Source of the DNA: Acidobacteriota bacterium
Lineage (GTDB): Bacteria; Acidobacteriota; Vicinamibacteria; Vicinamibacterales; UBA8438
Direction of reading: 5' to 3'
Assembly (NCBI GenBank): GCA_009838525.1
Contig: VXRJ01000035.1
Span: 7,462 to 71,461, forward strand
Length of the DNA: 64,000 nt
In this document: positions 26,380 through 34,940 of the stretch, in pieces
Position numbering within the stretch: the first letter of the stretch is position 1
How the letters are laid out: the number at the start of each line of letters is the position of its first letter
Made by a program: the position numbers and the translations under genes
The notes under the pieces: generated by a model
What the model was told of the DNA's origin: nothing
Database searches by the model: none
Seen by the model: only the letters and a program-made list of their open reading frames with translations

Positions 26380-27828
26380 TCAGAGCGCGGGGCGACGCTC
26401 GCCGACGCGGGTCGTCTGCTCGAAGGCGTGGGCAAGCTGCAGGACGGCGAGGTCGTCGTGCTGGCGGCCGACAATCTGAACGCCAATCGGCAGGCCGTCG
26501 GTGGTGAACCCGCACGGAACCGAAATCGCCGGCAGGCCGAGGACGGAGATGACGCTGCACGACCCCATCCAGTCGACATAGGTGTTCATGGCGACGCCAT
26601 CGATCTCGGTCGGGTATTCCTGCTCGATATCGAACGGGGGCAACTGCGCGACGGGAAGGACGAGGAAGCGGTAGCGTTCCATGAAGCGCCGCGCGTTCTC
26701 CAGCAGGGTAGTCCAGTCGCGCATGGCGGCGGCCACTTGCGGGCCGCTCAGGCGGCACCCCTCTTCGATGTTCCAGACGACCGTCTCCTTCATCAGGCCG
26801 CCGTGTTCATCGAGCAGCGAGCCGTAGCACAGCTCGAAGTACCACGCGCGCCAGGTTGCGAACACGTCGGCTGCCCCGGCGAGGTCCGGTTCCGCATCCT
26901 CGACGTGACATCCGATCCGTTCGAACGCTCCCCGTTGCGCATCGACGACGGCGGTGACACGCGGATCGAAGGGCAGTCCGGCGAGCCGCCGGCTCCAGGC
27001 GATCCTCACGCCGACCCCATGTTCACCATCGTTCCCGTTACCGTCGAGCGCGCCGCGCCCGATCGGCGGCCGGAATCTTGCACCCGGCTCCGGCAGCGAT
27101 AACGGCGCCCGCGCATCCGGACCGGCGATGGCGCTCAGCATCAGGGCAACGTCGCCGACCGTCCGCCCCATCGGTCCCTGCACGCCCATCGGAAACCAGG
27201 CGGCCTGACTTGGCCATATTGGCACGCGCCCCGGCGATGGACGGAAACCGACGACATTACAGAAGCTGGCGGGGTTTCGAAGCGAACCGCCCAGGTCGCT
27301 GCCATCGGCCAGGGGCACCATTCCGGCCGCAAGCGCCGCCGCGGCGCCACCGCTGCTCCCGCCGCACGTCCGCGTCGGATCGTAGGGGTTTCGGGTAGCG
27401 CCGAAGACCGCGTTGAACGTCTGCGACCCGGCCCCGAACTCCGGCGTGTTCGTCTTTCCGATGGTAATTGCGCCCGCCGCGCGCAACCGCTCGACGATCA
27501 GGGCGTCGGCGTCCGGCACGAAGTCGGCGAAGATGCGGGAGCCGAACGTCGTCCGGATTCCCTTCGTCCAGATGAGGTCCTTGTGCGCCACCGGCAGGCC
27601 GTGCAGCGGGCCGAGCGCGTCCTCCCGCGCGACCGCCGCATCTGCCTCTGTCGCCGCCCGCCGCGCCTCATCGGGCACGAGCGTTACGATGGCGTTGACG
27701 GTGGAATTGACTGCCTCAATGCGCGCGAGGTGCGCTTCCATCACCTCGACCGCGGAAACCTTGCGGTCCGCGATCATGCGCGCCAGATCCGTCGCGTTGC
27801 GATACCAGAGGTCCGAGTCGGCCGGCAT
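26380..27828 (-). CDS. Amidase-signature family amidase
   Basis: GGSSGG motif and overall GatA-like sequence. Confidence 0.85.
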   Translation of the reverse strand: MPADSDLWYRNATDLARMIADRKVSAVEVMEAHLARIEAVNSTVNAIVTLVPDEARRAATEADAAVAREDALGPLHGLPVAHKDLIWTKGIRTTFGSRIFADFVPDADALIVERLRAAGAITIGKTNTPEFGAGSQTFNAVFGATRNPYDPTRTCGGSSGGAAAALAAGMVPLADGSDLGGSLRNPASFCNVVGFRPSPGRVPIWPSQAAWFPMGVQGPMGRTVGDVALMLSAIAGPDARAPLSLPEPGARFRPPIGRGALDGNGNDGEHGVGVRIAWSRRLAGLPFDPRVTAVVDAQRGAFERIGCHVEDAEPDLAGAADVFATWRAWYFELCYGSLLDEHGGLMKETVVWNIEEGCRLSGPQVAAAMRDWTTLLENARRFMERYRFLVLPVAQLPPFDIEQEYPTEIDGVAMNTYVDWMGSCSVISVLGLPAISVPCGFTTDGLPIGVQIVGRQHDDLAVLQLAHAFEQTTRVGERRPAL

Positions 27829-27878
27829 CGCGCTAAGCTACTACGGTTGCACGTTGCCGGTGATCAGGGAGTAACAGA

Positions 27879-28892
27879 ATGGTCAGCATGTTGAACGGAC
27901 GATTCGGCGTGGGAGTCTTGGTGCTTGCCGGGTTGGTCTCGGCCGTGGCGGCGGCGCCGGAGGCACCGATAGCGGCGCAGGTGTCGCGTACGGTGACTGC
28001 GGCGCAGGTGGAAACGTGGATGACCGAGCTCTCGAACTGGGGCCGCTGGGGCGACGACGACCAGCTGGGCGCGGTTAACCTGATCACCCCGGAGAAGCGG
28101 CGTTCCGCGCTGGCGCTCGCCACCGAGGGAGTTTCGGTTTCGCTCTCCCACAACTACATCACCGAGCGCGCCGCCGACGCGACGTCGCCGATCGGCTACG
28201 AAATGCTCGGCCCCGACCGCCCCGGCCCGTTCCGGAGCGACCGCTACACCTTTGCCTACCACGGCTACGCCCATTCGCACCTCGATTCGCTCTGCCACAT
28301 GATGCACAACGGCCGGATGTACAACGGATTCGTCCGGGACGACCATGTGACCGCGGCCGGCTGCGCGCGCCTCGCCATCATCAATTACAAGCAGGGGATC
28401 CTCAGCCGGGGCGTGTTGATGGATATCGCGCGCCTCAAGGGCGTCGATTACCTCGAGCCGGGCACGCCGATCTATGCCGAAGATCTGGAGGCCTGGGAGC
28501 GGGAGGCGGGCATTCGTGTGGAGCCTGGCGACATCCTGTTCGTTCGCAACGGCCGCTGGGCGCGGCGCGCGGCGATGGGGGCGTGGGCGCTGAACGAACA
28601 GTCGGCGGGCCTCCACGCGTCGGCTGCTCCCTGGCTGCGCGAGCGGGGGGTTGCGATGATGGGGGCCGACGGCACGAGTGACGTGCTCCCGTCGCAGGTG
28701 GAAGGCGTGACACAGCCGATTCACCAGCTTGCCATTGTGGCGATGGGCATCCCGCTGTTCGACAACCTCGATCTCGAGGCGGTGGCGGAGGAGGCGGCGC
28801 GCCAGAATCGCTGGGAGTTTCTCCTGGTGGCCGCCCCCCTTGCCATGGACGGGGGCACCGGTTCGCCGCTCAACCCCCTCGCGATCTTCTAG
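27879..28892 (+). CDS. Cyclase-family protein (kynurenine formamidase-like), exported
   Basis: Signal peptide. Carries WGRWGDDDQLGAVN and the HxxxH...D cyclase pattern. Confidence 0.78.
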   Translation: MVSMLNGRFGVGVLVLAGLVSAVAAAPEAPIAAQVSRTVTAAQVETWMTELSNWGRWGDDDQLGAVNLITPEKRRSALALATEGVSVSLSHNYITERAADATSPIGYEMLGPDRPGPFRSDRYTFAYHGYAHSHLDSLCHMMHNGRMYNGFVRDDHVTAAGCARLAIINYKQGILSRGVLMDIARLKGVDYLEPGTPIYAEDLEAWEREAGIRVEPGDILFVRNGRWARRAAMGAWALNEQSAGLHASAAPWLRERGVAMMGADGTSDVLPSQVEGVTQPIHQLAIVAMGIPLFDNLDLEAVAEEAARQNRWEFLLVAAPLAMDGGTGSPLNPLAIF

Positions 28893-28902
28893 CAGCCCGC
28901 TC

Positions 28903-28992
28903 CGTAGGAGTTTCGTGCCAGCGAAACTGCCAACGCGCCGCGCACGGTGCGCTTTCGCGCCAGCGAAACTGCCAACGCGCCGCGCACGGCGG
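28903..28992. repeat. Intergenic repeat R1, copy b (tandem duplication, 42-nt period)
   Basis: CCGTAGGAG followed by two 37-nt units (28911-28947 and 28953-28989) that differ at a single position. The core TTTCGYGCCAGCGAAACTKCCRACGCGCC is shared with copy a. Confidence 0.85.
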
Positions 28993-28997
28993 GCGGC

Positions 28998-30137
28998 CTA
29001 CCGGGCGCCGCCGCCACCCGTGGTCGTATCCAGCGAGAACGGATCCGGCGCGCGCCCCGCGGCGAACTCCTGTTCCAGGATCCGGTGGCCGATGAACATC
29101 GCGGCCAACCCGTAGTTCCCCTCGTGGCACCGCGGCTCGTAGTAGATCCGATTCTGCTGGTCGCTCTGACGCTTCAGCTCCTGCCGGACGGTCCACGGCG
29201 CCGTCCATACGGTCGGATCCTCGATGGTCACCTCGTAGGTGAGCGTGTCGGCGTCGACCACGGTGTACCGCTCGACGAGCCTCCGGTTCACTGAAGAGGC
29301 GCGAAACGGAAACTTCGGGGAGAAATTGGCGGTCTCAATGACCAGCGTGCCGCCCTCCCAGCGCCCCCGCGAGTCGCCGTGGCGAAGACGCACGCCACTG
29401 GGTGGGTGGGCCCCGCTCAGATTGACGATGCGCTGGTAGCCCTGACCCTGTCCCGTGTCGTAGGCGATCGCGACGGCGTCCTCGCCCTGGACGATGCGCC
29501 GGTGCCCGTTGAGGTCGGGCGTGGCGCCCAGCATGCAGCGATCGCCCAGACTCTGATCTTCGGGTCCGTCGTGGCGGTTCATCCGTAACGTGTTGTAGAA
29601 GGGCGGGACGTCGAACCGGCGCGGGGAAACCGGCCCGTATTCTCCGCCCTCGCAGCCGGGCGCCTGTTGCTCGCAGGTCGGCGTGTTCCGCATCAGCATC
29701 ACCCGCCATTCGCGCTTGATGTCGGCTTCCCGCTGCGCCTCCGGGGTCAAAGCCGGGATGCGTCCGTTCGGCGGATCGACGACCAGCGACGTGCGCGGCC
29801 CGGCCGGCTTCACCGAGGTGTACACGCCGTTGTAGGCCCCGGATACGTCCTGCGGGCTCCCGCGCGGACCGCGGCGGTTACGCCCGGGGTCGAACCTCCG
29901 CGCGTCATCGCGGGCGGCTCGCTCCTCAGCGGTAGCGAACTCTCGATCGCCCAGCTCGGGCGCCCGCTCGAGGGGGGTGTCGTAGACGTCCAACCAGATC
30001 CCCTCGAGGTTCGGATGTCCCCATGCGGTCGTGCCAGTCGCCTGGCCCAGCGCGGGAGCCGCGACGAGGGTGAAGACCACCAGGACAGCGGCCTGCGTTA
30101 GCGCGATACCGAAGGAACCGAGCAGTTGGCGCTTCAT
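28998..30137 (-). CDS. Secreted protein of unknown function, CHEGN-motif family (paralog 3 of 3)
   Basis: SD GAGGAGG upstream of ATG 30137, and a signal peptide. Carries the WGHPNLEGIW, DPPNGRIP, GRWEGGTLVIET and RCHEGN motifs. Confidence 0.8.
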   Translation of the reverse strand: MKRQLLGSFGIALTQAAVLVVFTLVAAPALGQATGTTAWGHPNLEGIWLDVYDTPLERAPELGDREFATAEERAARDDARRFDPGRNRRGPRGSPQDVSGAYNGVYTSVKPAGPRTSLVVDPPNGRIPALTPEAQREADIKREWRVMLMRNTPTCEQQAPGCEGGEYGPVSPRRFDVPPFYNTLRMNRHDGPEDQSLGDRCMLGATPDLNGHRRIVQGEDAVAIAYDTGQGQGYQRIVNLSGAHPPSGVRLRHGDSRGRWEGGTLVIETANFSPKFPFRASSVNRRLVERYTVVDADTLTYEVTIEDPTVWTAPWTVRQELKRQSDQQNRIYYEPRCHEGNYGLAAMFIGHRILEQEFAAGRAPDPFSLDTTTGGGGAR

Positions 30138-30202
30138 GTCCCGACCTCCTCGAACGGCCGCCCGGTGGCCCGCGCACTCGACGCAGGCCATTAGAACATC
30201 AT

Positions 30203-31525
30203 CTAGTTGCCGATGGCGAGCAGTTCGTCCTCGGTGCGGATGTACCAGTAGCCGTCCACCAGCGCCGGTGTGGCAAGCGTCCGCGCCCCGATGTCGTTCG
30301 TATGCAGCAGGTCGAACTCGTCGCCGGCGCGGAGCACGAAGGTGATGCCGTCGTCGTTCGTGAAGAAGACCTTGCCGTCGACGTAGATGGGGGAGGCCGA
30401 GAACCCTTCACGGACGGCGCGGCCGAGTCGTCCCTGCCAGAGCACCTCGCCCGTGGCGGCGCGGAATGCGGTAACGATGCTCGCCATGTCGTTGATGGTG
30501 TACAGGCGGCCGTCGTACGCGAGCGGCGACGGAACGAACGGAGAGCCGCGGGCCGTCGTCCAGGCGAGGTGCGTGCCGGTCACGTTACCGCTGCCGCCGG
30601 GGCGGATGGCGAGCGTCGGGCCGGCCCGGCCCGAAGTGCAGAAGACGAGGCCGGCTTCGACCACCGGCGTTGGAATCACCTCGAAGTTGTTTCCTTCGCA
30701 GCGCCACAGTTCGGCCCCGGTGTCCGGGTCGTAGGAGTTGACAGTGCGTGAGCTGCTGACAATCAGTTCTTCGCGATCACCGGCGCGAATCAGGACCGGC
30801 GTACCCCAGCCGACGGTCGCCTCCCGTGCGGTGCGCCACACCTGCTCGCCGGTTGCCGTGTCGTAGGCCGCGACGAAGCCGGCGGGCTGCTGATCCTGGT
30901 AGATGAACACGCGATCGCCATGCAGGAGAGGCGAGCCGGCGGGGCCATGGTAGTTGTCGATTCGTCCGACCTCGGTATGCCAGATCCGGTTTCCGTCAAG
31001 GTCCAGCGCTACCAGGCCGCGGCTTCCCAGGGAAACGTAGACGCGCTCGCCGTCGGTGGCTGGCGTCGCCGAAGCGGGTCCGTTCTTCTGGTGGACGCGT
31101 TCGGGACTGCCCGGCGCCACGTCGGTTTCCCAGAGCAGCGATCCGTCCGTGCGGTCGTAGGCGAGGATGTAGAGTTCGCGTCCCCGGTTGCGCCCGGCTG
31201 TGAGGAAGATCCGGTCTTCCCAGACGATCGGGGAGGAGTTGCCGCGTCCCTCCACCGTGGTGCGCCAGACGACGTTGTCGGTGGCACTCCAACGGTCGGG
31301 GTACCCGGCGCCGGCGACGATCCCCTGCCCGGAGGGGCCTCGCCAGCGCGGCCAATAGCGCGCTCCCTCGCCCTCTACGGCGACCATCGCCACCGCATCC
31401 GGCGCCGCGCCCTGTTGTGTCGTCGAAGCGCTTGCTTCCAGCGCCGGTTCGGGAATGGCAGCGGGCGCGCAGGCTGCAACGAGGACGGTGGCTGAGATGA
31501 TGAACCCGAGATGACGGTCTGGCAT
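30203..31525 (-). CDS. PQQ-like (BamB-like) beta-propeller repeat protein, exported
   Basis: Start MPDRHLGFIISATVLVAACAP (lipoprotein-like). Has repeated W-containing propeller blades. Confidence 0.75.
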   Translation of the reverse strand: MPDRHLGFIISATVLVAACAPAAIPEPALEASASTTQQGAAPDAVAMVAVEGEGARYWPRWRGPSGQGIVAGAGYPDRWSATDNVVWRTTVEGRGNSSPIVWEDRIFLTAGRNRGRELYILAYDRTDGSLLWETDVAPGSPERVHQKNGPASATPATDGERVYVSLGSRGLVALDLDGNRIWHTEVGRIDNYHGPAGSPLLHGDRVFIYQDQQPAGFVAAYDTATGEQVWRTAREATVGWGTPVLIRAGDREELIVSSSRTVNSYDPDTGAELWRCEGNNFEVIPTPVVEAGLVFCTSGRAGPTLAIRPGGSGNVTGTHLAWTTARGSPFVPSPLAYDGRLYTINDMASIVTAFRAATGEVLWQGRLGRAVREGFSASPIYVDGKVFFTNDDGITFVLRAGDEFDLLHTNDIGARTLATPALVDGYWYIRTEDELLAIGN

Positions 31526-31527
31526 GC

Positions 31528-32037
31528 TTACCCCTTGACGGTGGCGAGAGCGCTCGTGGCGAGAGACTCGCTGCCGCCTTTCGTGTACTCGTTCCGCGTC
31601 ACGGTAGTGTAGGTGGAATCGCCCCTCGCGACCTCCTTGCCCTCCTCGTTGGTGACGACGCTCTCGCCATGCAGGATGCGGCGGCCCATCCGGGTTACGG
31701 TCGACGTGCAGGTAATGGCGCCGCGGCTCACGGGGCGGAAGAACTTGACGCGGAGGTCGACGGCGACAAGCGAGCCACCGGCCCCGACCAGCTCGCGGCA
31801 CTCATCGCGCGCCAGCAAGGCATAGGCGATGCCGGTATCGATAAGCGTCGCGGTGACGCCCCCGTGCAGGATGCCGACGGGCTGCGTCAGGTCGTCGCGG
31901 TGCTCGATCGACAGCACGGAACGCCCGGGTTGGATGTCGATAACCTGCAGGCCAATCAGACGGAAGAAGGGAAGTTCCTCCGCGTTTTCCTGGAGTCGCT
32001 CGAGATACGCTCGATCGTCGGGGGCGGGAAGCTTCAC
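31528..32037 (-). CDS. PaaI-family hotdog thioesterase
   Basis: Hotdog-fold motif GILHGGVTATLIDTG; 169 aa. Confidence 0.8.
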   Translation of the reverse strand: MKLPAPDDRAYLERLQENAEELPFFRLIGLQVIDIQPGRSVLSIEHRDDLTQPVGILHGGVTATLIDTGIAYALLARDECRELVGAGGSLVAVDLRVKFFRPVSRGAITCTSTVTRMGRRILHGESVVTNEEGKEVARGDSTYTTVTRNEYTKGGSESLATSALATVKG

Positions 32038-32044
32038 CCTCGGG

Positions 32045-32050
32045 ATTATA
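32045..32050 (-). promoter_or_regulatory. -10 box TATAAT, 7 nt upstream of the PaaI GTG
   Basis: Minus strand reads TATAAT-cccgagg-GTG. Confidence 0.55.
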
Positions 32051-32087
32051 CGGTCGCGGGCGTGGTGGGCGCAGGCGCCGCGATCGA

Positions 32088-32093
32088 TATAAT
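32088..32093 (+). promoter_or_regulatory. -10 box TATAAT, 9 nt upstream of GTG 32103 (12 nt to ATG 32106)
   Basis: TATAAT-cggcgttcc-GTGATG. The spacer resembles the one at 22128-22136. Confidence 0.55.
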
Positions 32094-32102
32094 CGGCGTT
32101 CC

Positions 32103-33359
32103 GTGATGCCGACGCTCCGTCCGACGCGTCCCGCGCTCATCCTGTGCGGCGTCATTGCTCTCGGCGCCGCCTCAGTGGCGACCCCAGCGGCGCAGGACTG
32201 GCCCCATTTTCTCGGTCCGGCGCGTGACGGTCACTACGCGGGCCCGCCCCTTGCGCGCGACTGGCCGGGCGGCGCGCCGGAGGAATTGTGGCGGCGCGAT
32301 GTGGGCGCCGGTTTCGCGGGGCCGGTCGTCGCGGGCGGTCGCCTGCTGCTGTTTCATCGCGTCGACAATCGGGAGGTGGTCGAGGCGCTCGACGCGGCTA
32401 CCGGGGAGCCCATCTGGCGCTACGACTACGCGACGACCTACCGGGACGATTTCGGCTTTGACGAGGGGCCGCGGTCGGCGCCCGTCGTTGCCGGCGGGCG
32501 TGTCTTCACGTTTGGCGCACAGGGTCAGTTGCACGCGATCGATCTGGAGACCGGAACCGGGCTCTGGAGCGTCGACGCGATGACGCGCTTCCGTGTCCGG
32601 AAGGCGTTCTTCGGCGCGGCCGGCTCGCCCCTGGTCGAGGATGGGCGTGTAATCGCGAACGTGGGTGGAGCCGAGGATGGCATCGTCGCCTTCGATGCCG
32701 CCACCGGTGACATCGTCTGGACGGCGCCGGGCGAGGAGGCGAGCTATTCGTCGCCGGTTGCGGCGACTCTTGCCGGCGTTCGCCACGCAATCTTCCTGAC
32801 GCGCGACAATGTCGTCAGCCTTGACCCCGTATCCGGCGCGGAGCGTTTCCGGTTGACCTGGCGCGCGCGCATCCGCGCGTCCGTGAATGCCGCCACGCCT
32901 CTCGTCATCGGCGACCGGTTCTTCATCTCGGCGCAGTACGGTACCGGCGCCGGACTATTCCGGGTCACGGCCGGCGGTGTCGAGGCGATCTGGACGTCGG
33001 ACGACGTCATGTCCAACCACTATGCGACCAGCGTGCATCGTGACGGCTATCTCTATGGCTATCACGGACGGCAGGAGTTCGGTCCCAGTCTGCGTGCGGT
33101 CGCTCTCGACACGGGTGATATTGCTTGGGAGGCCGACCGCTTCGGTGCTGGCAGCCTGCTTGTGGCGGACGACCTTCTCATCGTGATGCGTGAGTCTGGC
33201 GAGCTGCTTCTGGCCGAAGCGTCGCCGGCGGCGTTGACGCCGCTGGCGCGTGCCCAATTGCTGCCTGGCGTTGTACGTGCCTACCCAGCACTAGCCGGTG
33301 GTGTCTTGTACGTCCGGAACGGCAGCACCCTCGCCGCCTTCAAACTGGCGCGGCGATAG
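32103..33359 (+). CDS. PQQ-like beta-propeller repeat protein, exported
   Basis: Signal peptide, then the DWPHFLGPARDG start typical of this family. Confidence 0.75.
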   Translation: MMPTLRPTRPALILCGVIALGAASVATPAAQDWPHFLGPARDGHYAGPPLARDWPGGAPEELWRRDVGAGFAGPVVAGGRLLLFHRVDNREVVEALDAATGEPIWRYDYATTYRDDFGFDEGPRSAPVVAGGRVFTFGAQGQLHAIDLETGTGLWSVDAMTRFRVRKAFFGAAGSPLVEDGRVIANVGGAEDGIVAFDAATGDIVWTAPGEEASYSSPVAATLAGVRHAIFLTRDNVVSLDPVSGAERFRLTWRARIRASVNAATPLVIGDRFFISAQYGTGAGLFRVTAGGVEAIWTSDDVMSNHYATSVHRDGYLYGYHGRQEFGPSLRAVALDTGDIAWEADRFGAGSLLVADDLLIVMRESGELLLAEASPAALTPLARAQLLPGVVRAYPALAGGVLYVRNGSTLAAFKLARR

Positions 33360-33448
33360 GAGCGTTCCGGACCGTCGCGGCGAGTCCGTCGCATACCGGG
33401 CTGCCAGGTATCTGGCGCGTCCACGGAAGGGGAGGGCAGACCAAGCCC

Positions 33449-34483
33449 ATGACAGAACTAATGGTCGTCGTCGCACTGGTCCTGGGAGCATCGGCCACCT
33501 GTTCGCTCTTCGAGGCGGTTCTCTACTCGGTCCCGGCGAGCCGGATTGCGCAGCTCGAACAGGATCGGCGCCCGTCGGGGCGAGTCCTGAAGCAGATGCG
33601 CCACCACGTGGACCGCCCGATCGCGGCGATTCTCTCGCTCAACACGATCGCGAACACCGGCGGCGGCGCCATGGCCGGGGCGCTGGCGGCGAACGCCTTT
33701 GGGCAGGACCGTATCTGGGTCTTTTCCGTTGCGTTCACACTGGCGATTCTCTTCGTCTCGGAGGTGCTGCCGAAGACGGTGGGCGTTGTCTATTCCCGCG
33801 CACTCGCGCCTTTCATCGCGCGACCCCTCGCCTGGCTGGTGACGGTGTTCGGTCCGTTGATTGCTCTGACGCAATTCGCCACGCGCCTTATTCGCCGCCG
33901 GCCGCAGGAAGAAGGGGTCTCGGACGAGGAGTTACTGACGATGGTCGGCCTTGGTCTGCGCTCGGGTGACTTTCGGCCTCACGAAGCGCGCGTTATCCGG
34001 AATGTCCTGCGTCTCGAGGAGCGGACGGTGGGAGACGTCATGACGCCCCGTCCCGTCGTCTTCACGCTGGCCGCGGAGATCACCGCGCGTGACGCCGCCG
34101 AAAGGGAAGGACTGGACAAGCACAGTCGCGTCCCGGTGCATTCGGCTGGCAACCCGGACGACCTTATCGGCGTCGTGCACAAGGTCGACATCCTGAGAGC
34201 AGTTGCGCGCGACGAATTCGAAACCCCGGTCAAGTCGCTCATGCGACCCATCAACGTCGCCGTCGAGGCGGTGAAGCTGGATGAAGTGCTCACGACCTTT
34301 CTCGAGCGGCGAGAGCATATGCTGGCGGTAATTGACGAATTCGGCGCCTTTTCCGGCATCGTCACGCTGGAGGATGTGCTCGAAGAATTGATTGGACGCG
34401 AAATCGTGGACGAGTTCGATCAGGTGGCGGATCTTCGTGCCTATGCAAGACGCCGGAGGCTGCCCGGGGACAACGAAGAATAG
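33449..34483 (+). CDS. CNNM/DUF21-CBS (HlyC/CorC-type) transporter
   Basis: N-terminal DUF21 TM domain plus a CBS pair (VMTPR...). Confidence 0.85.
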   Translation: MTELMVVVALVLGASATCSLFEAVLYSVPASRIAQLEQDRRPSGRVLKQMRHHVDRPIAAILSLNTIANTGGGAMAGALAANAFGQDRIWVFSVAFTLAILFVSEVLPKTVGVVYSRALAPFIARPLAWLVTVFGPLIALTQFATRLIRRRPQEEGVSDEELLTMVGLGLRSGDFRPHEARVIRNVLRLEERTVGDVMTPRPVVFTLAAEITARDAAEREGLDKHSRVPVHSAGNPDDLIGVVHKVDILRAVARDEFETPVKSLMRPINVAVEAVKLDEVLTTFLERREHMLAVIDEFGAFSGIVTLEDVLEELIGREIVDEFDQVADLRAYARRRRLPGDNEE

Positions 34484-34499
34484 ACCTATCTAATTCGGC

Positions 34500-34528
34500 T
34501 TGCATGCCGTAACATAAGCCGATAGACT
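34500..34528 (+). promoter_or_regulatory. Canonical sigma70-like promoter TTGCAT-17-TAGACT
   Basis: -35 at 34500-34505 and -10 at 34523-34528, in the least GC-rich spacer of the window. About 80 nt upstream of ATG 34615, which has SD GGGAGGAGG. Confidence 0.55.
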
Positions 34529-34614
34529 CTCGGCGCTCGTGGCTGGAGAGGTCCGCCGTAACTTGAGCGGTCCCGCGGCAAATAGGTTGTAATCCGACGG
34601 GAGGAGGTTCGAGA

Positions 34615-34911
34615 ATGTCAAAGAACCAGGCACTTGAGTTGCTGAGGGAAGAGGCACGTTCGCTCAGCGCCGACCTCGAGGCCGTCAACCGCGCGATCGC
34701 CGTCCTTGAAGGAAAAGGCGCCGGCACGGCGGCGCCGGCCGGACGGCGGCGTGGGCGGAAGCCGGGGCCGAAACCGAAGGCTGCGGCAGAAGCGCCGGCA
34801 CGGCGGCGCCGGCCGACAATGACAGCCGAGCAACGCAACGCAGTCTCGCTTCGGATGAAGCGTTACTGGGCGGCCCGTCGCGAGGCGAAAGCGAAGGAAC
34901 AGGGCGACTAG
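34615..34911 (+). CDS. Small basic protein: N-terminal coiled coil plus AT-hook-like GRRRGRKPGPKPK
   Basis: 98 aa with a strong SD. A helical heptad-like N-terminus, Arg/Lys/Pro-rich centre, and a basic helical C-terminus (RMKRYWAARREAKAKE). Confidence 0.55.
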   Translation: MSKNQALELLREEARSLSADLEAVNRAIAVLEGKGAGTAAPAGRRRGRKPGPKPKAAAEAPARRRRPTMTAEQRNAVSLRMKRYWAARREAKAKEQGD

Positions 34912-34940
34912 CGGCTTGCCGCCGGCGCGCCCGGAAATCC

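Noticed and set aside
28911-28989. The tandem 37-nt units with a 42-nt period as a minimal CRISPR array.
   Set aside because: There are only two units, separated by 5 nt with no spacer-sized unique sequence. There are no cas genes, and the same core occurs singly at 6694-6730. It is a duplicated R1 intergenic repeat.
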